Part shown: piece after piece, positions 49,311 to 64,000 of the stretch
Numbering within the stretch: position 1 is the first letter of the stretch
Layout of the letters: every line of letters starts with the position of its first letter
NCBI GenBank assembly: GCA_965153455.1
Contig: OZ234493.1
Location: 26,216,213-26,280,212 of the forward strand
Length of the DNA: 64,000 nucleotides
DNA from: Sphagnum compactum
Taxonomy: Eukaryota
Reading direction: 5' to 3'
The notes under the pieces: model-generated
What the model was told of the DNA's origin: nothing
What the model saw: only the letters and a program-made list of their open reading frames with translations
Database searches by the model: none
Translations under genes and position numbers: made by a program

Positions 49311-52095
49311 TTAACCTACATGAACCCACTGGGCCTGGCTTGGAATGCCATTTGACACAGCAAATAGCATGTAATAAGCTGAAGGTGCAATCACAGAACT
49401 CGGTGGCGCTGTAGTAGCCACTGTATATGTACCCCCTCCCGCAGCAGCTGGGGCTGCAGTCTCAAGCTGTAACAGCCTTTGCCCCTGCACAAAAACACCA
49501 ATTTCCAATTAACAAGAATGGATTTGTACAAGCATTGATCAGCCCAAGGACGATCTCGATGCAGTATCAGGAGACCTAGAGCTTTTTGAAGACCATGATG
49601 GAAACTTTGCAAGAAAAATTTCACGTAACATGAGACTCAATGGGATTTAGTGAACTTAGGGTGCAGGATCTTCTCTGCAGATGTGTAGAAGATCAGTACC
49701 TGGGAGAAGGAGTGAGTCGAATACGGAGCGCTGAGCAGATTCAAATCAATAAATTTGGGGTTACCATTGTTGATTGTGGCTGTGAAGGCTGCACCATAGG
49801 CCAATTCTCCCGGAGCGTTGGCGATCGCCGGCCCAGCACCGCCGAGGTAAGGTGGTGAGAATCTCTCGATTCTCAACTCCGTTGGCAGATATCCAGTCAA
49901 AGTGTAGAATTGGTGTGTGTTACTGCCGGCAACCAGCACACTGGCATCGGGCAAGACGTTAGCGGTAGAGTGGTACACGCGAGGAATGTCGGTCCCCGTC
50001 AAGGTTTGGAAGCGAGCACCGGCGGCGCCATTGGGATTGTATAACACTGGTGTTGTCACGGGGTTCTGCGCATTTCCCCATCCTTGTGCACCATTGGCAG
50101 CTCCGTTGAGGATGAGCACGTTGCGGTCAGGTAAGAGCAACATGTCGCCCATGTTGCGTCTCATGGGCATGTTCTCAAGCGCCCAGCCCGGATTCGCGTC
50201 CAGAGGTGCAATTCGTCCGCATGATTGAGTCGCGGGGATGGCAGCTCCAGGGTTGAGGAATGCACCGTACGTGGCTCCGCCACAAACGAGAACCTCTGGA
50301 CCTGTCCAGCCGTTGAACCCGGACAACGGCAGCAGGACCGAGCTCCCGGCGGACGGATAATTTCTCGGCCCACCTTGTAAGGTAGGGAGGTTGGCGGCGA
50401 CGGTGTTAGTTTGCCAGTCGTAGAGAATGGAATCCTGATTAGCAAAGATGAAGAGCTGGTTGTTGGGCAGCAAATGCACGTAAGGGTACAAGTTGTCGTT
50501 TTGAGCATCGTTTGCCTGCAGTCAGCCACACCCCCATGAATATATGAACAATTACACAATCAATTCATTGTGAATACTCATCAGTATCTTAACTTTTGTG
50601 ATTATATCTTATGGATATTTCGCCGTAGGCTTTCATAACTAGCCTCGGATGTTCGAATGTATTCAAGAAACTTCAGGAAAAACAGGGGTACTTACTGAGA
50701 CGAATCTCTCAATTGCAGAAACGAGGAACAGGAGTTCAAGAGGAATGTGCGGGATCAGAGAGTGCTAGAGATTATTACATTTGCAATTAGAGGAATATAA
50801 GTGGTGCCTCGGCCGTTCGCTGGCACATACTCCACGGTCGCAATACCGCGTCCACCGACGACGGCTTGGGTACCGTCCGGCAGTTGTGCGTTGGTGGCGT
50901 ACCACCGTCCGTTCTGCAATGGGACGTCGGTCTCTACCCAGTTGCAATCACCATCTCCTCCGCATGGAGCGAATGTTCTAATCTGCAGGCGCGGATGCAA
51001 CACAAGCACGAATTGGCAGACCTTCACAGTGAACAAAACTGTTCTCGGGACCAATTCATGGCCCTGTAATTCGCATGGGTTGCTGAAGGATGTCTAGTGC
51101 AAGAATTTCAAGGCTAGAATCTCGGATTATTACAAATTTTCTTCTTTAAGCCACAGTGAGTCTTGATCTTATTTCTTGATTGAAGCAACGAATATTCCCT
51201 AGTGAAGCCTATAGAGAGAAAATCGGAGATCAGACAGGGAGGGAGCTCCCTCGAGTCTCCAGCTCGCTACTCAACAATTGAATTTTTTAAATATATGTTA
51301 CCTTGGAAAATCCATCGTTGTCTCCACCGGTCTGCACGAGTGTGCCGTCGCCATTGAACTGTCCCGAGGAGCACCAGGTGTCGGTTTGAACGAAAAGAGG
51401 CCTAATAGTGTTGGTACCAAGGTCGAGGACAGCAGAGTGAGCTGTGCAGTCGTGTGTGGAGCTCTGCTTTCATGACAAACGAGACACATCCAGACATTTT
51501 CGGGAAGTTAGAATTGTCTTAGTCTCAAGCTGATATTTATATGAGATCCGATCGTTGATCAGTCGCTTATAATTCCAATTACTGAACCTTGAAATTAGGA
51601 CTGACTGCACAACCCAGATGGACTAAATCAGAGAAAGAATGTGTAGCTAGCTATGTGTGTTATTCCAGCTGCAGCCCAATAGGGATAAAATACAAGTTCC
51701 AGCTACAGCTTCTTCCGAACTCGCCCGGCAAGTTTTGCTTAGGAACATCTGAATCTTACTCAACGGAAGCTTTCAGAATCAATGATCACCTCGTCATTGG
51801 GATCGTTGCGACAAACTCCATCCGGTAAGTTAAGCTGCGAAGGTCCAATGTCCGTCCTGTCCAACAACACAGCAGTATTGTAATGGGTAACCGCGGTGTG
51901 CATAGACGCAATGCCCGCATTGTTGACAATAACCTCCCATCCTCCTTGTGCCGCCACTTGCATCATCAGACTCGACATCAACGCCGCGAGCTGAAACACC
52001 AAGAACAGCGTGAAGCTGCGGAGCAGCGCTGTAGAGCTCCTTCTCGAATGATTACCCATCGACATCTCTTTGACAACCGTGTCCATATTCATCAC
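49311..52095 (-). CDS. GLOX: Secreted glyoxal oxidase / galactose-oxidase-like copper radical oxidase (CAZy AA5-type). Exons: 52095-51790, 51463-51302, 50982-50779, 50515-49700, 49484-49311
   Basis: A hydrophobic signal-like segment is followed by WEVIVNNAGIASMH. Catalytic motifs are TDTWCSSG (Cys), GRWYA (Tyr), PRVYHS (Tyr/His) and STHSFSQGQRL (His). The C-terminal Ig-like domain contains APSAYYMLF. Introns are phase-0 GT..AG. Which upstream ATG is used is uncertain. Confidence 0.92.
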
Positions 52096-55000
52096 AACTT
52101 GTTTGAAATTTGCAACGTTGTTATAACAATACTAGTACGTCGACAGCAGCTCACGATCACAATTGCAGCAGCAATACTGAATTTTCAATTCTTAGATCTC
52201 TCATCAACTTTCAACAAGATTTGACAAGTACTTTGGAAAAGAGTTGTCCACACTAGTCCTCATAGGAGAGTTGCAAGCAGAGCCTGCGCTCTCTCACGTC
52301 CCGATGATGTCCAAGTACTTCTAGAGATGGTGAACTGGTATATTGCTTCTGCTTCTGCTGCTGCTCCCAGTGGCCGTGAGACTGCTATGAGACTGATGGA
52401 TTTGGCAACCTACAAGTACTGGAACCAGAAAGGAAGTGGGTTACCACCATAGACACTGAGACAGACCCACATGTGTGCTGGTTGCTTTGTTGCAAGACTT
52501 TCCAAAGATCAGTGAGTTCAGCAAAAGGCCAAAAAGAACTCAATGAAGTTTGTTGCTCATTGTGGCCACTGTACAATGATTATTCCTCTATTCCACCAAA
52601 CAATAGAAACCAGCAGCTCTGGAGTTGCTTAGTATACTCATTTCAATTGAGTAGTTTACTGCCATATCATTCTCACCCAACAATAAACACAAGATGGCCC
52701 ATGATATATACAATATGGCCCATGGACTACATGATGCTGCCAATGATCACTGGGTGTTTACTTTTTGTGTACACCAAATCGAACTGCATGCACATTGTTA
52801 ATCTTGTGCAAAGCTGTACAAACCAAATTTTGCACAAGCCAATTTTTTTTTGGCTTTCATGTTGGTGTGGGATATATGTTACTCATGGACTCATCATCTG
52901 CAAGATAAAGTCATCGTTTGCTTTTGAACCTCCTTATTTTGGAAGGACTATAAGTGGAGACTTGTACTAGGATTGAATGAAAATACAAATTTGGAAGCAT
53001 GATTTCAATCATCTATGATATTGATTTCAATCCTAGGAATGAAATGAAAATTAAAGCATAATCCTAAATTAGCAAAGATGAATTTAAATAATTACTTATG
53101 GCCTTATGAAGATGAGCCATTCCCTCCGTCTTTTAGGTGGAATGACAAGATGATTAGTGGAGGAGATTTAGTGTGTAATTCAAATTACATAGTGTTTTGG
53201 ATTCACAAGTTTGATTTCAACTACAGCAATGAAATTCAACTCGGCATGATTAGGTTTGTTTTGATACCATCTAGTGCCTAACCTCTGCTTTTGTGTTATT
53301 GAATTTTTCAAATTGGAATGAGGTTGCGCCAAAGTAAAGACTAGTAGTAGGAACTATGGGATGAAAGACATACAAGTCAACAGGCTTCGGCTGTTTACAA
53401 AGGGGAACTCAATTGTGGGCGGGCTTGTAGACCCTTCAAGGGGGCAACAATAATTGTGGTAGTCTTTGAAATTAATTTTTCATATTGATTGGGGCCATGA
53501 AGATATTCTAGCCGTACACGAAATCTCTTAGATGAGTATGCATTAGAAGCAATGAAAAGCCTTGTGGCTATCTAAAACCTAAAAGCCACAATTATGAGAA
53601 ATTCTAGTATGATTCTCTATGCATCTCAACTTAATATATATAACTATTTTTTGGATAGCCGTCAAACAATCGGTACTAAGTTATAGTTGTGTTTTGGTTA
53701 TCACACTTCATGATTGGTCCACCCATTGCAACACTTGGCACCAATTTTGTTTGGCAATCGAATGATTGGGACAAATTCTATTGCAGTGAACAATAATTTA
53801 ACTAGCTTCAAGTACAACTACCCCATTTCATCTCTCTTTTGCTCATGTGCTTCTAACGAAACATTCTTCGTGTCTCAGTTTACTATTTTATCTTCATTCT
53901 CTCGTTTGGAGAGCTCACCCTGCATTCCAATTTTTAGTATCAGATTATAGTATGTGTGGAGTGATTGAAGTTGTTGAGATGTTACATAGTTAATTACACA
54001 TGAGATTACATATGAGGGTATCTTACATAGTTTGTTGAAGATGGAATTTCATATATGGAAGTTCCCTTGGATGTAAGTAATGAACTACATTACATTTTCG
54101 TTACTTGGCCACGCTGTAAGGGAGTGCACATTATGTTCCTATTTTTCTTTCTATGTACATACATCATAAGTTACACATGTGTGCACAACAATTTATATGT
54201 ATCCTCCGTTTTCAATACACAAAACCTAAGTAAAATTTGGCCAAGAAGGTTAAGATTCTTCTATTCTGTAGGTCAATTCTTATAACTAAATAGTTGATTA
54301 GATCGTGGTTTTATATAGGTGCTTGAAATTGTCACTTTTTAAGGCTCTACTTCTTAGTTTCACTGATTGGCCTTAGTCACCATTGGGGTACCCACCATTG
54401 AGGTAGCCTACGCAAAAAAAAATCACATCATGTAACTCTTCAATTTACAAAATTCAACTATAGATTGTGTTTTGTTTTCGTATTATATTTTCAATTTAAT
54501 TTGAAATGATCAATGAATGTTATAAGTTGCAAAAAACACAATGCTGATCCAATTTTTAAACTTGATGTAAATGTTTTGAAAATTCTTCATTTAGATAAAT
54601 TTTAGTCTTTGTCACAACTTGAATATAACATGATATATTATTAATTATCAATATATAGGACCAATAAAATTATGTCAAGTTGCACCAAATTTGTACCATA
54701 AAAAATTTATTCAATATTGAATGCCATATAAGAATTATATCATAAATTTTTCAACATTTTAAGAAAATATTTTTAAAATGGCAATTCCAAAGATGACATT
54801 AAGTTTCGAGCATAAGGACCAGTTGTAAAATTTCAGATACAAAATTTAACGTATTGTCTCTTCTAATCGTAAATCCAAATGTCCCAATATGTACATAAGA
54901 ATGTCGTCTGTTAATAACATAGGTGTTTCAAAAACTTTCTATTCAAATGAACAAACTTAATGCAGCTTCTAGATGTTAATATTCTTTTTTATATTTAATA

Positions 55001-58000
55001 GTTGAAACTCTAATTCAACAATTTCCAATTCCTAAATGGAATAGCATAAACAAATAATGTTTGCAACACACTAGTATATTAGGGAATGGCAACAATATTT
55101 TATAATGTACATACAATTTGATCTCATCATGTGATAAAGAGAAGTTGCTCTATGATGGAGACAAAATAACTATTGCCTTTAAACTACCTAGCCTATATGC
55201 CATTCCAAACAGAGAAGACTCACTTGTTTTGCTCACAGCTCACATATATGGATCATAAAAAGTTGTTCAACAAATCTCCAAGTTCTTCATCTCATGCGAA
55301 ATTCTATATATGTTTGCAGTTGGATCTTCTCAAAGCTCCGGAGGGCAAGCGACAAAGTCAGTTCAGTACATTCATTTTGGGAAGTCATGACTTTGAAAAC
55401 AATAGTGCTAGTTTTGCACATGTTGCTGCATTCGTCCGCCAATGTGGGCAGCTGTAAGGCCTCCACGTCGGAGATTCTGTACATCCCAAACAAGAGACAA
55501 ATGAAGCAACCAAAAGACAGAATGAGCTTCACCGTACAAGTTAAGATTATTGCCTGCTCAGCAATAGTAAATAATAGCCCTTTTTCACCCTGCAGCTGCC
55601 GCTTCCTGGCAACAAGGGTGGGCTCTATACAAGTTAGCAAATCCTCTGTATGAGTAGCACTGATTTTGTTTTTGTTGCCAAGTGGTGAAAATCTGCTCCC
55701 AAAAAAAAAAAACAATGCAAGTCTCTGGTTCCAAGACTACTTAGAACACTTTTTCCTTCATTTTTTCCTTGAGAGTTGGATTAATCACTTGGATTCATTT
55801 TTCCTTCATTGTCTCATCATCAAAACTTGGCTCTGGCTTTTATACATTTTCCTTCATTTCTCATGCAATGGGTCTGCCCAATATTTTTACACTTTTGTCA
55901 TATAGCCAATTTAGTGGCAATCATCCATAGGAAAATTTAGCCAAACTGACTATACATGAATATGAAAGGAAAGGAAGTTAACTATCGTTCTATATTTTTG
56001 GCTAGCTACTAGAACCAACTATATATATTTGGCTATTTTTATAAATTATTTCTCAAATTTTGGCAATTGATAACCCCAAAATTCACCTCATTTTTTCATT
56101 TAAAATTTTCAATTCATATAGAGATAAGATTTACTTTACAAAAAATAAGATGGCTCTAGCCTTTCTGGCATCTTAAACATAATGAAAAATTTGTGTCATG
56201 GTTAGGAGATTTGAATGCAAAATGAATTTGTTTATGAGTTGTCCAAAAAATCTTTGTTGTTTTTAATGTACATTTTTTAAACAAATTATTTAATCACATG
56301 TGGTCAGTTGTAACTTGTAAACCAGGCCAGGCCTGGGTTGACCATATGATAAGACTAAGATATCTGTCAAGCCCACACAGTGATTTTTTTGTGGTGACCT
56401 TTTGTTATATTGTGAAATATTTTGAGAAAAAATAGGACTTTTTCCAATATGAATTGTCTGTTACCGGAAAAAAATTGGCAGTTTTGAGAAATGTTCTCTG
56501 AGAAAAACACTTAACCCCCTTGGTTAAATTGCCTTCCATTGCAAGCCGGCTTTATTAGTTGAGAGTTAGACTCATCACATAATCCAATTCATTTGCAACA
56601 ACAAGCTTCACTCAAAACAAGTCATGGAGTGTAACTCATCTGCCCCAGACAAGTTGAGGGAGGGATGGGATTCCTTGAGAGAACTAACAAAAGAAATTCT
56701 ATGGAGAGAACTGACCCGATATCTACTAGCTTATCTACCTAATCTTTGTGAAAGGTACCAAGAAAATTTATCATGCTTCTAACTTTGCATCCTAGTTACA
56801 AGTTTTAGAAATCTTTACTTTCATTATTTTATCTACCAAGCAGGCTCACCAACTGAGTCAACCCAGGCCAGTCTCACCAGCAATATTTGAATCTTGCATA
56901 GGAGCTTATCCACCTGTCACTTCACTTGAATTTTTTCTATTTTGCTTGGTGCTTCTCCTTTTCATATATTTTTATAGTCAATTTTCACAACTTTCTTTTG
57001 CTTGTTTTGTTTATTTGCAAGCAAATTCATTCACTTCATTTTGTTGCTGCCTACCCATTTGATCCTGTGTATGAGTTAGGTTCAAATTCTTTCACATGAT
57101 CAGTTCCCGATGTTTTTGTTCTATTTGTGTGACAAATTTACTTGCTTAATAGTTAGTACCCATCTGTTGGATGTATTTATCTTTTTTTTTAAATATTTAA
57201 TCTAGAGTCGACATTCACCATTTTATGAGTTCAATTCACTTGCTTCACTTGATGCAGTCCCAAATTAACTTGCTTATTTCTTTTCAAATTGTGTGCATTT
57301 TATACGCAAATTCCTTAATGTTTTTGCTAGCCTATTGGTTAGGTTCACACAATTTGTTGTTTTTGCCGACAACTTTGCCTTATAGTTGAGACCTTTGTAT
57401 TTCGGATGGTTTGTGGGGTTTTCTTTAAGTTATCAAATTACAATATTAAAGTAGGTTGGCTACCCTTTGGGTTGTTGCTTTGAGCACATATAGCTTAGCA
57501 TTTATTTTCTACTATTATTTTTGGAACCTTTTAAATGCATTCTTTGGGAGTTTTCAGTTTTCATGGGGGGCAATTATTTCAACCTAAATCTTGTTGACAA
57601 AGCTTGGTAAAGAAGCTTTTGGATGGTTGAATGGATACACTTTTTAAGGAGGAACAAACTAGAAAGGTGTGGAATGTGTGTGAGAGAAGGCATTAGGATG
57701 TGGTAATTTTGGAGACTTGAGAAAAGAACAACTTGAGGATTTTGCTAAAATTTTGGGCACATTGTAGTTGGTTTTAGTTTGAGTAGCAATGCTATAATTT
57801 GCGAGGTGTGTTGTTCTTTTGGAAGTTTTGACTTTTGAGAAGGATGGGGTGATAACCAAGAGAGTAATGAGATGAAAGCTTAGGTAATAAGAAGGCAATG
57901 GACTGGTTTTTTGGGGGATTGACATATTTGGTGGACATATTGATTTTGGGGAAGGCATACAAGTGGTTAGCAAGAAGGTGATAGAGACAAGAGAGAATTT

Positions 58001-61000
58001 ACATTTGCAATTAAAGTATTATGGTGTCATTTTTGCGGAGTTCATCTCAATGGTATTATGAATGTAATGTGAGATTATTGGTGTTGGCAATTAGATTATT
58101 TTATTTACTAGATCTTGAAATTCACCTCAAGCTGTTAGTTGGAAACAATTGAATGTGGTTAGTCATTTTTTTCCTCAATTGCATAGTGCTAGACTCATGA
58201 TGGATAGAACATTGGTTAAAGGGCAATTGTATGAGAGTCTGGATGCACCAATAGATGAGGATTTAGAGTTCAAGAAGGTTTGTATTTCATGTTGAGTCAA
58301 ATGTAATTTCTTAATGAGGATGAGAGAAGCATTTGCATGTATACATTTGAGTGTCAATTAGTAGTTAGTAGATGTCCTAAATGAAGTACATACTATGTAT
58401 GGGGGTTATAGTCAGAGAAGGGATGTGAATATTTGAAAGTGAAAAATGTGGCATTGAAAATCTCTAAGGCAAGAGCTCAACAATATTGGTGGTGAAAGAA
58501 CAATCTTGAAATTGATCTCTAAACCTCCCTTTTTTTTGAGTCACAAAACCTTATGTTGAACGAGATTTCTCACTTGAACTTGACCATGTATAATGGAATA
58601 CATTAATTTCAAACTTTAGTTTGGTGACGTTTCAAACAATGTTTGTTGAACATGTATCCATGCAATGCTTTAATTGAGTTCATTGTGTATAATATTCATT
58701 TATTATAGCCATTTAAAATGTATTATAAGTCTATTTAGGCAAAACTTCAAGATCCTATTTTTAAACAAAAATTGATATTTCTACTAATGTTGGATGGTTG
58801 TTTCTTTTTACATGGAACCTTTGGTTTAGGTTTTCTCAAATCTAGGTGATAAAAAAATCACCAAGCACAAGTATTTCAAAGTTTGGAAAGTAATAGACTT
58901 TGTAGTCATGGGTATTTGTAAACATTTTCAAATGTTATTAAATCAAGTATTTGATTTTTCATTTAAACTTCATAAGTTTGTTCACAAGACTCATATGGTA
59001 TGGAATTATAAATAATATATTTTGAGCATGATTTGAATGGTGACTTTCAAACTAGACATTCATTTATCATGGTAATAGACTCATTTGAGATTGACAAAAA
59101 AAATCATATTCCAACATTAATGAACTAGTCATTGTGTTGTCTTTTTTCAAAACCCAATGTAATGATGTTTTAATAATGTTCATTTAAGTTGAGATGTCCA
59201 TCAATGATATTACATATTATAATTACTTGCTAATTTTAATTACATTTGTCACTCTACTCATTCTTCAAAGGAGTTTTACCCCGCAATATCATGAATTTAT
59301 ATTTTTCTACTCAACCCCTATTCGACCTAATCACTTTAATGTAAAACTTTCAATCGATTTCTTTACAACCTAATACCAACAACACCCAAAGTTTAGTTCG
59401 CACTTCCATTACACTTAATTATAATATGACATAAGTTTGATTCATTTATGGTGTTTAATGATTAAAAAGCTATCTAGTCATGTTCTTGATATCAATCATT
59501 TTTTAAAAGGGAAAAAAAGAGTAAATTATCAAAATAAATCCTTACAATTTTTACCCATAATATAAATACAAAAACTTCAATTAATGATTAGTTAAATCTA
59601 TTTATCCATTGATTATGAACTAATAACCAACATCATGTACTCCAATTACACATAAACACCAATTCTATAAGTAGACCAGGTCAAAATTTGTCGACCCTAC
59701 TAGATGACTTTTGGCTCATATTTGGATTTCGCCATATCTACTTCACCGTTGATTTTCAACCTATTATCTACAAAAAGGTGCATGTCACAGAACTTTTGGG
59801 CAGCTACTTGTAACCAACCACCAAGAGCAGATCTCACAATACTTGTGACCCTGAATGGTACACCCAAAACTACTTTCCCAGAAGGCTGCAAAAACTGAAC
59901 ATTGGTATGGAGCAGTTCAAAGATGAAGAAAAGTTCAACTACAACATCAAAGACAAAAAGGGTATGGTATATGGAAAGTTGGAATCATGAATTCATCACT
60001 TCATCGCGTGTCAGCCTCACTCTCATAAGTGGCCATATTGTGCACCACCAGCTAAGTACACATTTGAAAATTGTTTGCGACATTTTCCATCTTCACAAAC
60101 TGGCAACAACAATTGAGCAGTTACTGACTAGAGGGTCAAGCAACTCATTGTACCTACTAGTTTTGGTCCAACATCAATACAATGAGAAGGGCGGGTGGTG
60201 GAAAACACAGAAAATGCATCATTCTTTTTGCCTATAATAATAAGTTGCAGCTCCTCTGCTGGGGTTCTCTCCAGCTTCTGTCCTGCAATTTTTTCCACAG
60301 TAAAACTTTACCCAGTTGGATGATTGGGACTGTCTGGCTGCAGCAAAGGTTTATCCCACGTGGTCATGTCTTCTTGTAAGATCTGATGGGATCTAAAAGG
60401 CCCACCACACATGGATTGGTTGATTTGGGTTGAGTGTTGGGATTCACTTTTTCTATTTGTTAGTTAGAGTTCTTGTGTCCCCACCTTTCCAACAATGAGT
60501 TTCTAATATATTTTTGCAACTGTCTTATTTTTGTCTCTGCCTCATTTTTAGATATTGGTTTTGGTGTTTAGTGCATAGGAATCAATAAGGAAAATAAGAA
60601 TTTCAGAGACAATTTATCTAACTGTAGTAGACTCATTCTAAATTTGATTGGGAATAAAAATATCTGAAAATAAAAACACACTTAACAACATTGTTACCTT
60701 TATGCTTTAACATTGTGCTTATTCACATTCCAAAAGAAATATTAATATGGTGCACTAGCGACAATATTGTGTCTACTAAATTTGTTTTACATTTGAAACA
60801 TGGAAAGGATGTCAATAGGTTGGATATAATTTAACAAAATCCAAAGTGATAACAAACTGAAAACTGCACAAACAAAAAAAAAAAAGTTTGTTGAAGACTC
60901 AAATGATGAGTTAGCACATTGGCAGGCTGATGACTTCTTGTTATCACTCTTTCTAAGGAGTGGGAAACTTACTTATGTACAACATGCTCAAAACCAGCAA

Positions 61001-62551
61001 TCTGCATTCATTTTGCAATAAGACATCAAATGAATGCAAAATGTTTTATTGCAAAATGAATGCAATCTGCATTCAATTATTTGAGCATTCATTTGAGCAT
61101 GTTTTCATTTTGCATTCTCCTAAAAAAGAACCAGCTACTCGTTTTACAGTCTATGGGTCCTTTCCCAATTATACAGTTTTTTCCCCAAAGAAACCAACCA
61201 ATCAAGGTAGATGTGTGATGAGCCATTCCTATGCACCTTCCACATGTGGATATATAATTTTTCACAATGCATGGCTGTGAACACTCGTGTTTCATCTAAC
61301 AGAAAGTTAATAGATTGAATGGAATTGGGATCACCTCAGATAGAACTGATCTTTTTAAGTTCAACAATACCGAACCTTTTTTTCCTTTCAATTTGCGTTC
61401 ATAACAACCTTAAGAATGCATACCATAGCCTGTACTCAACTTTTGGATCTCTGCCAACTTTAATGAGTCTTTGCTGGTGGAGGTAGGGGTTCCACGTGTT
61501 CTAGTTTATTATCTTTTACTGTGTTTTGATCTGTTATAGCCTTATAGGGGGCCCATTAGCTTTAAAAATTTGTTATGGGCAAAATATTGCTGAATAGTGA
61601 AATTAAAGAGCAAAACTTTGAAAATGAAGTGATTTTGAAGGTTTTCAATTGCCAGAAGTGAGAGGTATATATAATAATAATAAACAGCCAATTCTTATAC
61701 TTGGGTTTCATGGTGTAGCCAAAAATTTAAAAGGATGATTAAAGATTTATACCTCATATCTGGTCTATAGCCAGACCAGATAAATCTTCCTAAGGATTAG
61801 GGCCTCAACATGTTCCTATCCTATGATCTACGCTTCCCATGCATTAAAATTTTTTCCTAAAAAGAAAACACTAGATCCTAGTCAATCATTGTCTAAAAAT
61901 AAGAGATCATCTCTAATGGATAAACCTTGAGGTTGGGTCCACACTCCACACAGTATTATTATGTACTCAACTTTCAAACAGAGTCTTTCTTGGGGGAAGT
62001 TAATTCTTTGATAGTTATTATTGCTAGCATTCCTAATGCTGTTGTCAATTTCAGCACCCAAGCATAGAAACCATCAATTTTGGGGTGTCAAGGCATTTCA
62101 ACATCTCTCTTTTTGTCTTATAAGATTTCAGCACAGGAGCCTAAAATTTCTAGGCAAATTTCAATCCAGGCCCTAAGTTGGTGTCAAGTGCTCTGTCTTT
62201 GCCAATACATGTGACACATGTGAACATAGTAATGAGGATGAAACGAGATTTAAGGGATTAATTTGTGGATGTCGAGATTATGGAAATGATGGCCAAGTGC
62301 CTAAGTGAAGGAGTTTGTAGATGGATATCATTATATCTATAGCTTGTACTCTTCAAATAACCTTTTAAAAGGTTTCATTATATTTCAACTGTTTACATAT
62401 TCAATTGAAATATAACTTATTGAATTTTTCAGAAAATTTCATTATTTCGCAAAATAAATGCAGAATTATTCTGAAAATTCAACATATCAAGAGAAAATTC
62501 CCAATTTTTTCAAAAATTAAAATTTGAATTAATATGGGTTGAATTTAACAT

Positions 62552-62913
62552 CAATGTCGGGTATGATAAGGGTGGAAAAACGTACAACATGTGGAATCCT
62601 AGACCCTAGGGCCTTCTCCAACAGACTTGTAGGACCACAATAAACATTGGAAAAGAATAAAGAAAAGACATAGCAACTAAGGTAGATGTGCAAATAATTG
62701 TCAAAAATAAACAAATTGATTACATCGAAGTCCAAACTAGGGTATATACAATATAGTACATACATTTGCATTTACACGCCCCAAAACATTTACATGAGGC
62801 CATGTAAATGTAAGCATTAAAAAAAATTATACATGACAATAATAGAAGTGGTGTAAAAAGTTTGGATTTACACACCATACATATGGCTATTGACATTTAC
62901 ACACACAACATTG
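62552..62913. mobile_element. Fragment related to the hAT MITE at 1283-1826
   Basis: It ends in catttacacacacaacattg, matching the right TIR of the 1283-1826 element, and carries tgtaaa/tttaca motifs. The left end is degenerate and no matching TSD was found. Confidence 0.45.
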
Positions 62914-64000
62914 GCCTAGACAATTGATTTCACATGGATTTATTTTTCTTTGAATGAAATAAGGTTTTGGAACACTAAGCAAAATGTTCAAGAAATGTGT
63001 ATTTTCTCACAAAACCTAAAAACTCCAAAGAAATTGAACCCTCATCCATTTAGCCATAAACCAAGTCTTAATTAATTAACATACCTTCAATTTATGATAA
63101 TTTAGAACAGTTCATTTCTTGTGCTGATGGTGGGGAATGGATTGCATCCCACGATAGTACATTGTTCAAGATGCTTTCATCTCCATTGCAAGAGATGTGA
63201 GGTTTTATGTTTCTTGTGAACAAACTCATGTCCTTTTATCACCCTCCTTTCAATCTTCTCATTGACATGTTGAGATCATGTTATTGACTAATGGCATTTG
63301 CATTTTCATCAATATTTTGCCATTATTAATCCCACTTGAACAAATTTGGTTTCTTGTGTTGCTTCATTTTGTAAAGTGATTACGATGGTGCTAGGTAATG
63401 CAAAGGAAGGACTTTTTCACGGTCGGCACCCAATAAATTTTTTCCTCCCCTTGCCATAAAGGTTTTTGGTTTCCTACAACAAGTGGATAATGTTTTTTCA
63501 CTAATGTGATAATATGGCATGGTTAGCAAAGGGCATTGGTGGCCTTCTTCTAGTTGTTTTGCACAATTTTTATAGTTATAGAGTGTTGATAGCGTTGTAG
63601 GAAGCACATGACACCTCTATTTTGAGGCATGTTCTCCTTGTGAATGAAGGTTCTTTCTAGGCTTACTTATTTTTTAAACTTTTCATCCCATTTTTTTCTA
63701 ATATGTTCCTTATAATTGGTAGGGGGCTTTGGAACATGATTTATTCTATGCCCCATTGTGACCCACTTTGGGGCTTGCTTTTTTGTTCTAACTTGGGTCC
63801 TTTCTCTTTGTTCCTTCTATTCCCCCTTTGTTGGGTGTAAATTTCTTTAACGAAATTTGCCAAGGTTTCATCAATTTTAATCATGCATTTGTGTTTTTTC
63901 AAATTTTCATGCAATTTGTATTCCCTTAGTTGATTGGTGGATCAATTGCAAGTTAACAAAATGGTATCAACTTTTTTGAATACTTGTTGAACCTTATTTT

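Noticed and set aside
43044-51097. Antisense ORFs overlapping MED27 and GLOX exons
   Set aside because: They are expected shadows of GC-richer coding exons and carry no recognisable motifs.
57400-63900. Possible retroelement remnants
   Set aside because: I could not read any RT, integrase or gag motif, or any LTR pair, so I left the region unannotated.

Overview
AT-rich, intron-containing eukaryotic nuclear DNA from a land plant, probably a bryophyte such as a Sphagnum-like moss (inferred from gene content and repeat style, not proven). The left third (4.3-22.2 kb) is a tandem pair of alpha/beta-hydrolase-NB-ARC-LRR (HNL-type) immune receptor genes. Copy 1 can be spliced into an intact ~1374-aa ORF. 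Copy 2 is a near-identical duplicate that lacks the 5' exons and carries a frameshift and stops. Both end in arrays of near-perfect 72-bp/24-aa LRR units. These vary almost only at the exposed xxLxLxx codons, and their order and number differ completely between the two copies. The rest of the window holds a DRIF-like MYB+DUF3755 gene (+), MED27 (+), a glyoxal/galactose-oxidase-family copper radical oxidase (-), a possible unrecognised spliced ORF (-), and many decayed non-autonomous transposon pieces (hAT MITE with 8-bp TSD, Helitron-like, CACTA-like). Exon models were read by eye from GT..AG sites and reading-frame continuity. No database search was possible.
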